DNA of 64,000 bases, from positions 1 to 64,000 of the IMG/VR virus record IMGVR_UViG_3300009671_000009. One strand, 5' to 3'. Shown here piece after piece: positions 20,400 through 29,748 of this stretch. Position numbers and translations under genes: made by a program. Within the stretch, counting starts at the first letter, position 1. Every line of letters begins with the position of its first letter. The notes beneath the pieces are model-generated. The model was not told the DNA's origin. It was given only the letters and a program-made list of their open reading frames with translations, and did no database searches. The DNA is from a virus (taxonomy: Duplodnaviria > Caudoviricetes).

Positions 20400-20909
20400 A
20401 TGAGGTTTATTAAAACCCTTTTTGTGGCTCTCGTTGTCCTAGGATTGTGGTACATAGCCAGCAGGCATACCAATCCATTGTTTTTGCCCAAACCTGAGAA
20501 AGTTTGGCAAGACCTGGTTGAGCTTACTCAAAACGGAATGCTTGCAAAGTCTGCATGGATTAGCTTCTATCGTATCACACTAGCCGTGTCGCTGGCATGT
20601 CTTGTCAGTATCCCGATAGGTCTTTTAACAGCTAACTACAAAGTCTGGGATCGATTGATCACTCCGTTTGTTGACTTTTTGCTGGCTTATGGAGTAGGAT
20701 GGACTTATGTTATCATCGTTGAAGTCATTAATTCCGTTTCAGGACTAGGCCATATTATTAATCTTGGCACATCCCGCGGACGTACGGACTTAGTATTTGC
20801 TGCCGTATTTGTAATCATCGCTATTAGCGTTGTATTCGATGTAATAGGCAGGAAAATCATTAGGAAAGCATTTCCTTGGAAATTTGCTCGTGAGATCAGC
20901 GGGGGGTGA
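20400..20909 (+). CDS. ABC transporter permease (SsuC/TauC-like), internally deleted
   Basis: LPKPEKVW...SFYRIT...IPIGL and GWTYVIIVE...GLGH; central EAA-loop region missing. Confidence 0.7.
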   Translation: MRFIKTLFVALVVLGLWYIASRHTNPLFLPKPEKVWQDLVELTQNGMLAKSAWISFYRITLAVSLACLVSIPIGLLTANYKVWDRLITPFVDFLLAYGVGWTYVIIVEVINSVSGLGHIINLGTSRGRTDLVFAAVFVIIAISVVFDVIGRKIIRKAFPWKFAREISGG

Positions 20910-21691
20910 ACAATGTGGCAGTTAATACTTGCCACAGAAGATCACCTAATTGGAAGCAACGTCCAGAGAAGGAGAAAAACAGGCTACGGATTTATGCCAA
21001 TGCCAAACGTCACAAGCGAAGATGTTTCAGATATGCATTTGAACTGCCAGGAACTAAGTATGAATATACAAAGTATCTTGAAAGGTTAATGCAAGGAGAA
21101 ACTAAAGAAGAAAGGCTCAGTAGAATACTAGGAGCTGAATCTGTTTACAAAGAAGAAGCCGAGAGAAATAACCCAGGTATTATGTTATGTACAACAGATG
21201 CCTATAAAGCTCTTAACTACTTCTTGTATGGACTACAGCGTACATACTTTGACTTCATGTGGCTTGACTTTGTTGGATGTTATGGCAAAGACAAAGAAAA
21301 GCTACTAGATCTTATATTTACTGTTAATGGGCCACTTATTAGACGCGACTCCTTACTGTACTTTACTTTTAATAGGAATTCTCGTGGCTGTGATAAGAAA
21401 ATGCTCGATAGAGTTCTGAAAACTCGGATATCATTAGACTCAAAGCTAGTGTGCAATGCTAAAGACGAATTGGTATTATCTATTCCTTATTATATATTAT
21501 TCAAAGCTTACCACAATAGCTATTCTTTGGTTCCGATATTCCAAGACTTCTATAAAGATAACAACAAGCACGTAATGTATGTATTTGGATTTAAAGTAGT
21601 TGACGCTTACGAATGTTCTTATAGTTTTTTACAAGAACAAGTTAATATTTTGGACACAATCAATAACTCAAAAGGTAAAATTCTGTATTAA
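20906..21691 (+). CDS. hypothetical protein (possible methyltransferase-like fold)
   Basis: 261-aa ORF; FDFMWLDFVG segment. Confidence 0.55.
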   Translation: MNNVAVNTCHRRSPNWKQRPEKEKNRLRIYANAKRHKRRCFRYAFELPGTKYEYTKYLERLMQGETKEERLSRILGAESVYKEEAERNNPGIMLCTTDAYKALNYFLYGLQRTYFDFMWLDFVGCYGKDKEKLLDLIFTVNGPLIRRDSLLYFTFNRNSRGCDKKMLDRVLKTRISLDSKLVCNAKDELVLSIPYYILFKAYHNSYSLVPIFQDFYKDNNKHVMYVFGFKVVDAYECSYSFLQEQVNILDTINNSKGKILY

Positions 21692-21741
21692 AGTTTTGAC
21701 AGTTAACTGTCAAAAAACACATATAAGGGAGTGGATTGTAT

Positions 21742-22035
21742 ATGTCCAAAACTGCAGGAAAGAAGTTCACAGTACCGACTGTCAGGATGAAAATCGGCAA
21801 TGTCCATTTTTCAGTCACTAAAAGTGGCGCGATCATGGGCAATAACCCGACTGCTCGTCAGTTGGTAGCCAACCTTGAGTCTCAAGGTATTAACTGGAAG
21901 CGCAGAGCGCGGATGGTTACTGTGGCTTCCACTCCGAAGAAGGCTTCCAAAGTGGTTGCTAAAGCTACTTCCAAAAAAGTTGCCAGCAAGAAAACCGCTT
22001 CGAAAAGCGCTTCCCGCAAGACCTCTCGGAAATAG
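21742..22035 (+). CDS. small basic protein with histone-H1-like Lys/Ala/Ser tail
   Basis: KKASKVVAKATSKKVASKKTASKSASRKTSRK. Confidence 0.7.
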   Translation: MSKTAGKKFTVPTVRMKIGNVHFSVTKSGAIMGNNPTARQLVANLESQGINWKRRARMVTVASTPKKASKVVAKATSKKVASKKTASKSASRKTSRK

Positions 22036-22288
22036 AGGACACGTCTTTATCCCGTAGGGGCAGGGGTTCTGCCCCTTTTGAAGGTAATACCGACAATGTT
22101 GGTGATTATAACATGAATAAAGCTCTGCACCGAAACAGGTCGGGCTCAAAACAGGCGCACCGACGTCTATTTCAAAGTAGTGCAGTAACAAGATAAGGGA
22201 AGCCCAAAGGCTTCCCTTCTCCTATTGTGATGATTTAGGTAGGAAATCATATATCAAATCTCTAAATCAAAAGGAGCGTGAAAAGATT

Positions 22289-23530
22289 TTGCATAAACTG
22301 TTCGTTGCAATTATCGTAGCACTCATCGCTATAATGATCGTACCAATGTCTGCAAGTGCAGATTTTCATTTTGGCCTTGGTTACCAAATCGAGGACAAAG
22401 AATTTACCGTTGAATCGGAAAACAACTTAGGTTTTACCTATGAAAGTGTTGCCGTGTTTAATTCTCCAATCGAAAGCGGCAGGATTGACTTTGGATTTGA
22501 CATAACCAAAAACCTGGGTATGGAATTTTCCCTATACAGGTCAGCTGAGTCAACCATATATAGTCAGTCCTTCTACGGTGCAATGACCCCCATCGGTTTA
22601 CCAATTGGTATTCCGTATGACGAAAGTCCATACTTTTCCATAAGTAGCTTTGGGTGGAGGGACAATCCTGTACTTGTGAGTGGCAACCTATCTGGGGCCA
22701 CCAAAGTGAAATACCGCACTAGTGGTGGAAGCACTGAGTTTGTTTACAATTTCCCATCTAGCTGGCCAAAAAAAGATGTTGTCCGATTCAAAGGGTTCTT
22801 GGGCTACATGAAATCCAATGGAATAATGACCACTGACTTTGAAGTCAAGGGATCTGGATCAGCAAGTGGCGGCGATATTATTATCGTTGGCGCTTATGAT
22901 AAGACAACCACTAAAAATGAATCACATCCATACACCGTAGAGGTAGAAGACGTTATAGTAGGTTATGATCCTAGTACACAAACACAAAAATACTATAAGA
23001 AAACTCCTTTTGCTTTTGGAGGTGGTTATGGAATAGGATTGTTCAAGGAAGTAGCGCTTACCGACATACTTAAACAGGAATTCGTTGATAAGTTATACAG
23101 TGGAGAAATATCCGATGAAGATATTTATATCGTGTCAGATTCTGGTATCTCAATCATAGTTCCTATGGATCCAACAGGTATTAGTGGTTCCCAAAACACC
23201 TCAATCCGTCAGGAGCAAGAGGTGGAAGGAACCTACCTAGGCTTGTCCATGACTTATGATGTAATTAAAAACTTGGACATGGAACTGGCCTGCCGACATG
23301 TTGTTTATGGAAGCGTTGAAAACACCGTCAGTGGCCCTGGATTCTCTTCGAGCCTCGAAGATGATCGTCCCGACATAACCATGGTTGATCTTATTTTCAC
23401 CGCTCACTTCGTCAAAGGTGTAGACCTTAAAGCTATCTACTCCAAAACCTTTGCTCGTTACGAGCTAAGCGGAGCAGACTTTGATGAAGAAACAGGTAAA
23501 ATTTCATTAGTTCTCGACTATCGGTTCTAA
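22289..23530 (+). CDS. secreted, probable outer-membrane beta-barrel protein
   Basis: signal peptide ending ASA; amphipathic beta strands; C-terminal LVLDYRF. Confidence 0.6.
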   Translation: MHKLFVAIIVALIAIMIVPMSASADFHFGLGYQIEDKEFTVESENNLGFTYESVAVFNSPIESGRIDFGFDITKNLGMEFSLYRSAESTIYSQSFYGAMTPIGLPIGIPYDESPYFSISSFGWRDNPVLVSGNLSGATKVKYRTSGGSTEFVYNFPSSWPKKDVVRFKGFLGYMKSNGIMTTDFEVKGSGSASGGDIIIVGAYDKTTTKNESHPYTVEVEDVIVGYDPSTQTQKYYKKTPFAFGGGYGIGLFKEVALTDILKQEFVDKLYSGEISDEDIYIVSDSGISIIVPMDPTGISGSQNTSIRQEQEVEGTYLGLSMTYDVIKNLDMELACRHVVYGSVENTVSGPGFSSSLEDDRPDITMVDLIFTAHFVKGVDLKAIYSKTFARYELSGADFDEETGKISLVLDYRF

Positions 23531-23567
23531 AAACGAGAGTGGGCACCTACCGTCCACTCTTTATTTT

Positions 23568-23777
23568 TTGCAGAGAGGAGTGAAAGCCATGGAATCTCTT
23601 AACAACGTCATGGCTACAATTTTTGTAGGGCTCACAGCTATTTCGATAATAGCAGCAGCAATCTTTATAATTGCTAAACTCTGGTGGTTTTTGCTTGGCT
23701 GTGTAGTGTTTCTACTATCTTGTCTTGTTTTATACGGAATCGGAACGATGATTCTTGTTCTATTTGGACACATATAG
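23568..23777 (+). CDS. small membrane protein (start probably 23589)
   Basis: hydrophobic ORF, GAGGAG RBS. Confidence 0.6.
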   Translation: MQRGVKAMESLNNVMATIFVGLTAISIIAAAIFIIAKLWWFLLGCVVFLLSCLVLYGIGTMILVLFGHI

Positions 23778-23895
23778 GAGGAGCACAATGAAAGAGTTCT
23801 TTGATTTTATCAATCGGTATTTGTGCATTAATAATTCTTCCATAACCCAATACAGGCCAGTAACTCAGTTGGTTTAGAGTACAGAGGTATTTAAA

Positions 23896-24411
23896 TTGAA
23901 ATTATGCTTAAATTGTAATAAACCTATTAAACCCAGAAATAAGTTTTGTAACAGTCATTGTGCTGCTTCCTATAACAATCGTATTAGGAGCATTCATAAA
24001 AAGATTAAATACTGCTTAAAGTGCGGGCTAGAACTAAAATCTGGGCAATACAAATTCTGTAGCAGTCAATGCAAAAGAGATTATGATTACGATACATATA
24101 TTTCCAGATGGAAACAGAGACTGGAGTCGGGGACTCAACCCAGTTTATGGGGAGGAGTCTCAAAATATGTGAGCCGATATTTGTTTGAAAAGCATGAAAA
24201 CAAATGTTCAAAATGTCAATGGGGAGAAATAAATATTTACACCAATAGTATACCATTAGAAATTGAACATATTGACGGCAATTATCAGAATAATTATGAG
24301 GAAAACCTGACTTTGTTATGCCCAAACTGCCATTCTTTGACTTCTACTTATAGAGGCGCAAACAGAGGAAAAGGTCGCCCTATTACATGGCATCCAAATG
24401 TAATGGGATAG
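23896..24411 (+). CDS. HNH endonuclease
   Basis: LEIEHIDGNYQNN..ENLTLLCPNCH; N-terminal zinc fingers. Confidence 0.9.
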   Translation: MKLCLNCNKPIKPRNKFCNSHCAASYNNRIRSIHKKIKYCLKCGLELKSGQYKFCSSQCKRDYDYDTYISRWKQRLESGTQPSLWGGVSKYVSRYLFEKHENKCSKCQWGEINIYTNSIPLEIEHIDGNYQNNYEENLTLLCPNCHSLTSTYRGANRGKGRPITWHPNVMG

Positions 24412-24480
24412 TAGCTCAGTCGGTAGAGCAAGGAGCTTTTAACTCCGAGGTCATAGGTTCAATTCCTATCTATCCCACCA
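24405..24480 (+). tRNA. tRNA-Lys(TTT)
   Basis: cloverleaf, loop CTTTTAA, encoded CCA. Confidence 0.93.
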
Positions 24481-24545
24481 AGTATAAAAGGAGTCGTGGG
24501 TTCGAGTCCCACCTGGCCTACCAAATATATAAAGGTGGAATCAGC

Positions 24546-24764
24546 ATGAAAGGATACCAAATAGCTTGTAGTGGTATCATGGCTCTATTTAACAATAAAC
24601 TCACTCATCACAGTAGAAAAATTTACTTAAACCCACCATCTCAAGAAGAGATCGACGGGTTTATTAAGCGTTGTTGTACTCCAATCAATGACCACGATAT
24701 GAAATATCTCGATGACTCCTCTGATATTGAAGTAAAAATAGTCGAGGTTGAAATTATAGAATAA
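24546..24764 (+). CDS. hypothetical protein
   Basis: AAGGTGG RBS before ATG 24546. Confidence 0.6.
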   Translation: MKGYQIACSGIMALFNNKLTHHSRKIYLNPPSQEEIDGFIKRCCTPINDHDMKYLDDSSDIEVKIVEVEIIE

Positions 24765-24767
24765 TTC

Positions 24768-24796
24768 TTGACATTTAAAATAATACTTAATATAAT
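24768..24796 (+). promoter_or_regulatory. sigma-A/70 promoter
   Basis: perfect TTGACA-17-TATAAT. Confidence 0.85.
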
Positions 24797-24804
24797 AGAA
24801 GGAA

Positions 24805-25170
24805 GTGGTAATTGTGGTTATCTTTACACTTCTGTGTACTCATTGTGTTTTTGACTGGCTACTCCAAGGAAGAGCAGCAGCAAGACTAAAACTAACCCAT
24901 GTATGGGTAAGACTTATGCATTGCCTGTGTTATACCTTCGGAGTCGGCTTTGTGATGTCATTTGTTGCCGTTAAAAACCAACAATATGTTGGTTGCATAT
25001 TGCCTTATATATTAGTAACTCACTTTATTTTCGATACGCCTGCTATTAAAAAGTGGTGGGTAGAGAACGTACTCATGTTAACTAGAGATGAACCAGACTG
25101 GTTCTGGGTCGGACTCGATCAATCATTCCACCTAGTTTCGTTATGGCCCGTAGTTTACTTTTTCTGTTAG
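24805..25170 (+). CDS. DUF3307-like membrane protein
   Basis: H..FDWLLQ, HCLCY, HFIFD, DQSFH motifs. Confidence 0.7.
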   Translation: MVIVVIFTLLCTHCVFDWLLQGRAAARLKLTHVWVRLMHCLCYTFGVGFVMSFVAVKNQQYVGCILPYILVTHFIFDTPAIKKWWVENVLMLTRDEPDWFWVGLDQSFHLVSLWPVVYFFC

Positions 25171-25183
25171 GAGGATTCCTCTT

Positions 25184-25468
25184 ATGGCTTACAAAGATAA
25201 AGAAATTTCTATATGTAGAAATTGTGGTACAGAAATTATATATAACGAAACATATCGTTATTGGGCACATGCCTCAAGTTTTGAAGAAACTAAATGTAGA
25301 AGCGCGCGACCTGAGATTAAAGCTCTTACCACTGATGAACTCCAACAAAAGTACCCAGGTAAAAAAATCTTTGTCTACGGTGCGCACTTTGACCAACTCT
25401 GGGAACTAACAGAAGAAGAATTATCGTTGTTTGATGAAGATAAACTCCGAATATATGTTGAAAACTAA
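25184..25468 (+). CDS. hypothetical protein
   Basis: AGGAGG RBS. Confidence 0.65.
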   Translation: MAYKDKEISICRNCGTEIIYNETYRYWAHASSFEETKCRSARPEIKALTTDELQQKYPGKKIFVYGAHFDQLWELTEEELSLFDEDKLRIYVEN

Positions 25469-25599
25469 GAGGTGTTTTAAATGTTTACACCTGAAAGAAT
25501 GAAAAAATTAGTGTATTCCTTCTTTAGCGATCTTTCTTGGAAATGTATTTTAGTTTGTGCCAACTGCCATCGAGAGATCGAGACAGGTTTAATCGATAT

Positions 25600-25674
25600 G
25601 GGCTTGTGGCGCAATGGTAGCTCACACGACTCTTAATCGTGGTGTTGAGAGTTCGAGCCTCTCCAAGCCCACCA
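25600..25674 (+). tRNA. tRNA-Lys(CTT)
   Basis: cloverleaf, loop CTCTTAA, CCA. Confidence 0.88.
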
Positions 25675-25693
25675 AATAAGTAGGAGATTTAAA

Positions 25694-26044
25694 ATGGAAG
25701 ATTTTTTAGGAATGTTCATGAGTATATTTATACCGTTGTTTACCTGTGTTGGTATTATATGGGCAATAATTTCTGCTTGTTCTCAAAAATCATTTGAGCA
25801 AATTAATGCTGAAGTTGTTCAACCAGGAATACAACTATGTAAGAAATTTATTTCTCTTGGGAATGTTAAAGGAAAAACTCTTGAAGAAATAGAAGAAGTT
25901 GTTGGGCCACCAAATAGTTGGGCTTTTGTAAGTGGAGACACAAAACTATTACAATGGATGGCATCAGGTTATCATATTTGCGTAATATTTTCTCTTGATG
26001 ATATATGCCAAGGTATAACGTCAGAATCACGCCATTTTAATTAA
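25694..26044 (+). CDS. membrane-anchored hypothetical protein
   Basis: N-terminal hydrophobic helix; AGGAG RBS. Confidence 0.65.
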   Translation: MEDFLGMFMSIFIPLFTCVGIIWAIISACSQKSFEQINAEVVQPGIQLCKKFISLGNVKGKTLEEIEEVVGPPNSWAFVSGDTKLLQWMASGYHICVIFSLDDICQGITSESRHFN

Positions 26045-26056
26045 ATTAGTTTACAT

Positions 26057-26124
26057 GGGAGTGCCCCTTTAAAAAGGGAATCGCGCATATGGGTAGTGTC
26101 CGAAAGGGCCGCCCGCTCCCACCA
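26057..26124 (+). ncRNA. small non-cloverleaf RNA with acceptor-like stem and CCA
   Basis: GGGAGT/GCTCCC-A-CCA closing two hairpins (one GAAA tetraloop). Confidence 0.45.
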
Positions 26125-26125
26125 C

Positions 26126-26201
26126 AGGGTTGTAGCCAAGCTGATAAGGCAGATGACTGTTAATCATCCATGCGCGGGTTCAACTCCCTCTAGGCCCACC
26201 A
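26126..26201 (+). tRNA. tRNA-Asn(GTT), mispaired acceptor stem (possibly pseudo or chimeric)
   Basis: GATGA-CTGTTAA-TCATC, T loop TTCAACT, CCA. Confidence 0.65.
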
Positions 26202-26226
26202 AATTACTTAAAAAGGACTGATACTG

Positions 26227-27654
26227 ATGATCAGAAGAGAGCCCTTACCTGAATCATGGGCACCCTTAATTCTTATGAAGGTGCCAGATGATGTTAAGTT
26301 TATAACACAAGAACTTAATAAAGCTGGATATGCGGCCTATCTTGTCGGAGGCGCAGTTCGAGACCTTCTGTTAGGCCTTGAGCCCAAAGACTGGGACGTG
26401 GCCACTAATGCCCCTGTTGATCTTATGTTAGAGATCTTTCTAGGATCTGAACTTGTAGGAGCCTCTTTTGGTGTAGTGTTATGGAAAGGTATCCAAATAG
26501 CCAAATTCCGTCAAGAAGAAGGCTATTCTGACAATAGACATCCTGATGAAGTTAGATTCGTAGGAACCCTTGAAGAAGATCTTGAACGTAGAGACTTCAC
26601 GATCAATGCTATTGCTATTGGACGAGATAGCTCTACAGATCCATTCTGTCAGGTTTTCCCAGAATCTGCACTTAAAGATCTTAATGCGGGTATAATCTCT
26701 GCTGTTGGGAATGCCAACGAAAGATTCAAAGAGGATGCCTTGAGGATGATGAGAGCAGCAAGGTTTACTGCTAAACTTAAAGGATTCGAGATTGACGATC
26801 GCACGTATTATGCAATGATATACAATGCAAAGCTTTTGCAGAATATATCCGCAGAACGAATCCAAGAAGAGCTAAATAAAACTCTTCTTTCACAGAATCC
26901 TGTGAAGGGTATTGATGTAATGAGGCATACGCATCTTTTAGAATATGTCATTCCTGAAATGCAGTCATGTTATGGTTTTCCTCAAAACGGATGGCACCGC
27001 TATGATGTGTTCACTCACATCTTAAAAGTATTGTCATATACCGCTGAAAGATCTGATTCTCTTACGATGAGACTAGCCGCTTTATTCCACGATATTGGAA
27101 AACCAGCAAGTCTTACTATTGATGAGGAAGGTAAGCGGCATTTCTATGGAAATCGATCTGATATCCCAACGCATTGGGATGCAGGAGCAAACATTACTTA
27201 TAAAAGGTTAAGCGAGCTTCGCTATGACAAACAAACTATTAAAGATGTTTGCACTCTTGTAAGAAATCATATGAATATAAATAAAGACGGCTTGTCACCA
27301 AAGGCTATTCGTAAACGACTTAACAAAGTTGGATATGATATGCTTATAAATCTTGTTGAACTCAAGCGAGCTGACTTTAAAGGAAGCGGAACTGAGAACG
27401 ATGCAGAAATCGATCAATTTATCGATAGTCTCTTAGCTAAAGTGAACCAAGTTACGGAATCAAATCCGCCAACCTCATTAAGACATTTGGCTGTCAATGG
27501 TGATGACATCATAGCAGCTATCGGTGTCAAACCTGGCAAGTGGATTGGTACTGTTCTATCAATAATGATGGATGAAGTATTAAACGATCCATCTAAAAAC
27601 ACAAGAGATTATCTGCTCCAACGAGCAGTTGAAATCTATAAATCAGGGGAGTAG
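26227..27654 (+). CDS. cca: CCA tRNA nucleotidyltransferase with HD domain
   Basis: VGGAVRD, DWDVAT, RRDFTINA, EDALRMMRA, ERI..EL, LFHDIGKP. Confidence 0.93.
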   Translation: MIRREPLPESWAPLILMKVPDDVKFITQELNKAGYAAYLVGGAVRDLLLGLEPKDWDVATNAPVDLMLEIFLGSELVGASFGVVLWKGIQIAKFRQEEGYSDNRHPDEVRFVGTLEEDLERRDFTINAIAIGRDSSTDPFCQVFPESALKDLNAGIISAVGNANERFKEDALRMMRAARFTAKLKGFEIDDRTYYAMIYNAKLLQNISAERIQEELNKTLLSQNPVKGIDVMRHTHLLEYVIPEMQSCYGFPQNGWHRYDVFTHILKVLSYTAERSDSLTMRLAALFHDIGKPASLTIDEEGKRHFYGNRSDIPTHWDAGANITYKRLSELRYDKQTIKDVCTLVRNHMNINKDGLSPKAIRKRLNKVGYDMLINLVELKRADFKGSGTENDAEIDQFIDSLLAKVNQVTESNPPTSLRHLAVNGDDIIAAIGVKPGKWIGTVLSIMMDEVLNDPSKNTRDYLLQRAVEIYKSGE

Positions 27655-27681
27655 ACAAGCTGGTAAGTCACTAGATTACAT

Positions 27682-27757
27682 TGACGGGTAGCTCAACAGG
27701 TGGAGCAATCGGCTGTTAACCGATAGGCTGGAGGTTAGATCCCTCTCATGTCAGCCA
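27682..27757 (+). tRNA. tRNA-Asn(GTT)
   Basis: ATCGG-CTGTTAA-CCGAT; G discriminator, CCA; atypical T loop TTAGATC. Confidence 0.8.
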
Positions 27758-27766
27758 ATTATAAAT

Positions 27767-27843
27767 AGCCGTGTGGCCAAGTCTGGTAAGGCTCCGTTCT
27801 GATACAACGGCAATCAGTGGTTCAAATCCACTCGCGGCTACCA
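27767..27843 (+). tRNA. tRNA-Ile(GAT)
   Basis: CCGTT-CTGATAC-AACGG; T arm; CCA. Confidence 0.88.
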
Positions 27844-28051
27844 AACTAAATATCAGGAGTAATACTATGAAAAAAATATATGTAAGAGGAATATATCAGC
27901 TTATCATGACAATCCTGTGTCTTATTGGGGTATCTATATTGATAGCCCAAATGGGAGCGCACGGTTTTAATTGGTGGAAACTATTTGCAATGGTATCTCT
28001 ATTTACAATATGGATTAAAGATTTTAAGTAGTCGAAATAGGAGGCTTTATT

Positions 28052-28552
28052 ATGAGACCGTCTGTCGAAAAATTTTTATCTAAAAGGTACGATAGGCTCT
28101 TTGCTAAAGCTTCAAAACTTATCAAGGAATATGATCCGTGCAGATTTGAAGGAAGCTTATGCAAACTCAAACGTGGCAGAGATTACTTTTATGAAGCAAA
28201 TATTTATAAATATAACGGATGTTGTGGCAAATGTTCACATTTGACTAAAAATGGTTGTTCTGTTCAATCTCTTGGATGCAAATTATTTCTATGTGAAACC
28301 GTTAGAAACGAAAACCCTATTTTGACTAGGAAGATCAACAAAATAACATGCGCAGCTCATTTATTTAGCATGGCTCGTGTGTTCATGTCAAAAGAAGAAC
28401 TTTTTAATGAATTTAAACATGAACACACGTTCGAATACTCACTCATATTTACTATTTGTAAGGCATATTATCGGCCTATCAGGCAGTTTCTTTGGAACCA
28501 AAAAATACGACTACGCGATTACTATGCTAGATTTAAATATTTGGTACATTAA
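28052..28552 (+). CDS. Cys-rich hypothetical protein
   Basis: GCC..C.HL...GC......CKLFLC; AGGAGG RBS. Confidence 0.65.
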   Translation: MRPSVEKFLSKRYDRLFAKASKLIKEYDPCRFEGSLCKLKRGRDYFYEANIYKYNGCCGKCSHLTKNGCSVQSLGCKLFLCETVRNENPILTRKINKITCAAHLFSMARVFMSKEELFNEFKHEHTFEYSLIFTICKAYYRPIRQFLWNQKIRLRDYYARFKYLVH

Positions 28553-28745
28553 TGTACCATATTTTCAATATAGGAGGGATATCTTAATGAAATGTCCAGA
28601 TTGCAACAAGGACACTAAATACCAAAAGGTATATTGTCCGCATTGCAGCGCCGATCTTTGCGTTGCGAAAAAACCACATGGGAACGAATAAACCCATGTG
28701 GTGCTGCGAAACTGAGACATAGATATCCAAAAACAGAGTTAAGTT

Positions 28746-29119
28746 TAGTACCAGACAGGTGAAAATTCTAGGCCAGAAGAAGTAATCCTTGCCGCACAAA
28801 ATCTGGTGGTGCGATTAGAAAGTGTTCCAACGGCTCCAGTAGTAGGCCATGGACAAACCTGGAGTGACGCAGTCTGGTACTATTAAAGAAGTTCTGTCGT
28901 TCAGCCCCAAGAAATCCTCGCATGCTATTGAGGATTTTAATTCTAGGAGGACGCGCTTGCCCTAGCATAAGGGCCATACGGCGTATGCAGATGCAAATCC
29001 TGCCAGAACTTCGTAGTAGAGAGACTTCTAGCTTAAAAAGTAAAGCGCCTGCTTTCAATAGCAGGAGATAGTGGTGGGGCCGCAGATGCTGCCGCAATCC
29101 ACTGTTGTCTCTCTATCTA
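28746..29119 (+). ncRNA. three tandem structured RNAs, the last two expanded tRNA-like folds
   Basis: closing stems 28746/28882, 28888/29012, 29014/29119; D-, anticodon- and T-arm-like elements with hairpin insertions. Confidence 0.55.
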
Positions 29120-29273
29120 TTATATTGCAAAAGATGAGTATATTAACTCTTAAAGATATGGTTAAAGATAACAAAAAAGCAAGGTGTAAAAAACTGCAAG
29201 AGAATACGGCGTTAGCCATGTAACAATTATAAGAATCAGAGACTATAAAGATTGGAAATATTTAAGTTAATAT

Positions 29274-29350
29274 GGCCCTATCGTCTAGTGGCTTAGGACA
29301 TATCTCTTCTCGGAGATAAGACTGAGATTCGAATTCTCATGGGGCTACCA
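29274..29350 (+). tRNA. tRNA-Glu(CTC)-like, 8-nt anticodon loop
   Basis: TATCT-CTTCTCGG-AGATA; Glu-type D arm; CCA. Confidence 0.75.
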
Positions 29351-29379
29351 AATATATCAAGAGGACAACATGGAGATTA

Positions 29380-29730
29380 ATGTTAATAATTGTCCTATCT
29401 ACCATTTATGTGACAAGTGTAACACCCGACCTTAGGGAAAACTATATGGGTATATATCCCCAAGGAGTGAATAATATGATATTTGTAATATTATATCAAA
29501 GTGGCGCTGTACTTGCTACAACCCTAGAGGTTCACCTTAATGAAGAAGACGAATTTGTATTATATGCCACTGATTCATCTACTGGCAATATTACTATAAT
29601 TAAATACCTTGGTAGCGACGAAAAAGAGGCTGAACAAATTGTATCAACTATTCACGAAAAAATAATAGAAAGATTCACCTGTTATACAGTAGACACATAT
29701 AATAAACCGATATTATTTGACTTCCGATAA
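29380..29730 (+). CDS. hypothetical protein (start probably about 29476)
   Basis: internal AAGGAG RBS. Confidence 0.55.
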   Translation: MLIIVLSTIYVTSVTPDLRENYMGIYPQGVNNMIFVILYQSGAVLATTLEVHLNEEDEFVLYATDSSTGNITIIKYLGSDEKEAEQIVSTIHEKIIERFTCYTVDTYNKPILFDFR

Positions 29731-29748
29731 AGAAAGGCAGACAATGCT

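Larger units (their letters stand above)
23854..24523 (+). pseudogene. Ile-like tRNA split by an HNH gene and a nested tRNA-Lys
   Basis: 5' half AGGCCAG-TA-D arm at 23854-23880; 3' half T arm-CTGGCCT-A-CCA at 24490-24523; acceptor strands perfectly complementary. Confidence 0.75.

Noticed and set aside
19690-21730. Sporulation-sigma-type promoters (CATA..T motifs)
   Set aside because: The motif is too short and AT-rich to support without transcript data.
23881-24489. Group I intron within the split tRNA
   Set aside because: The insert is fully occupied by the HNH ORF and tRNA-Lys, leaving no room for a catalytic core.
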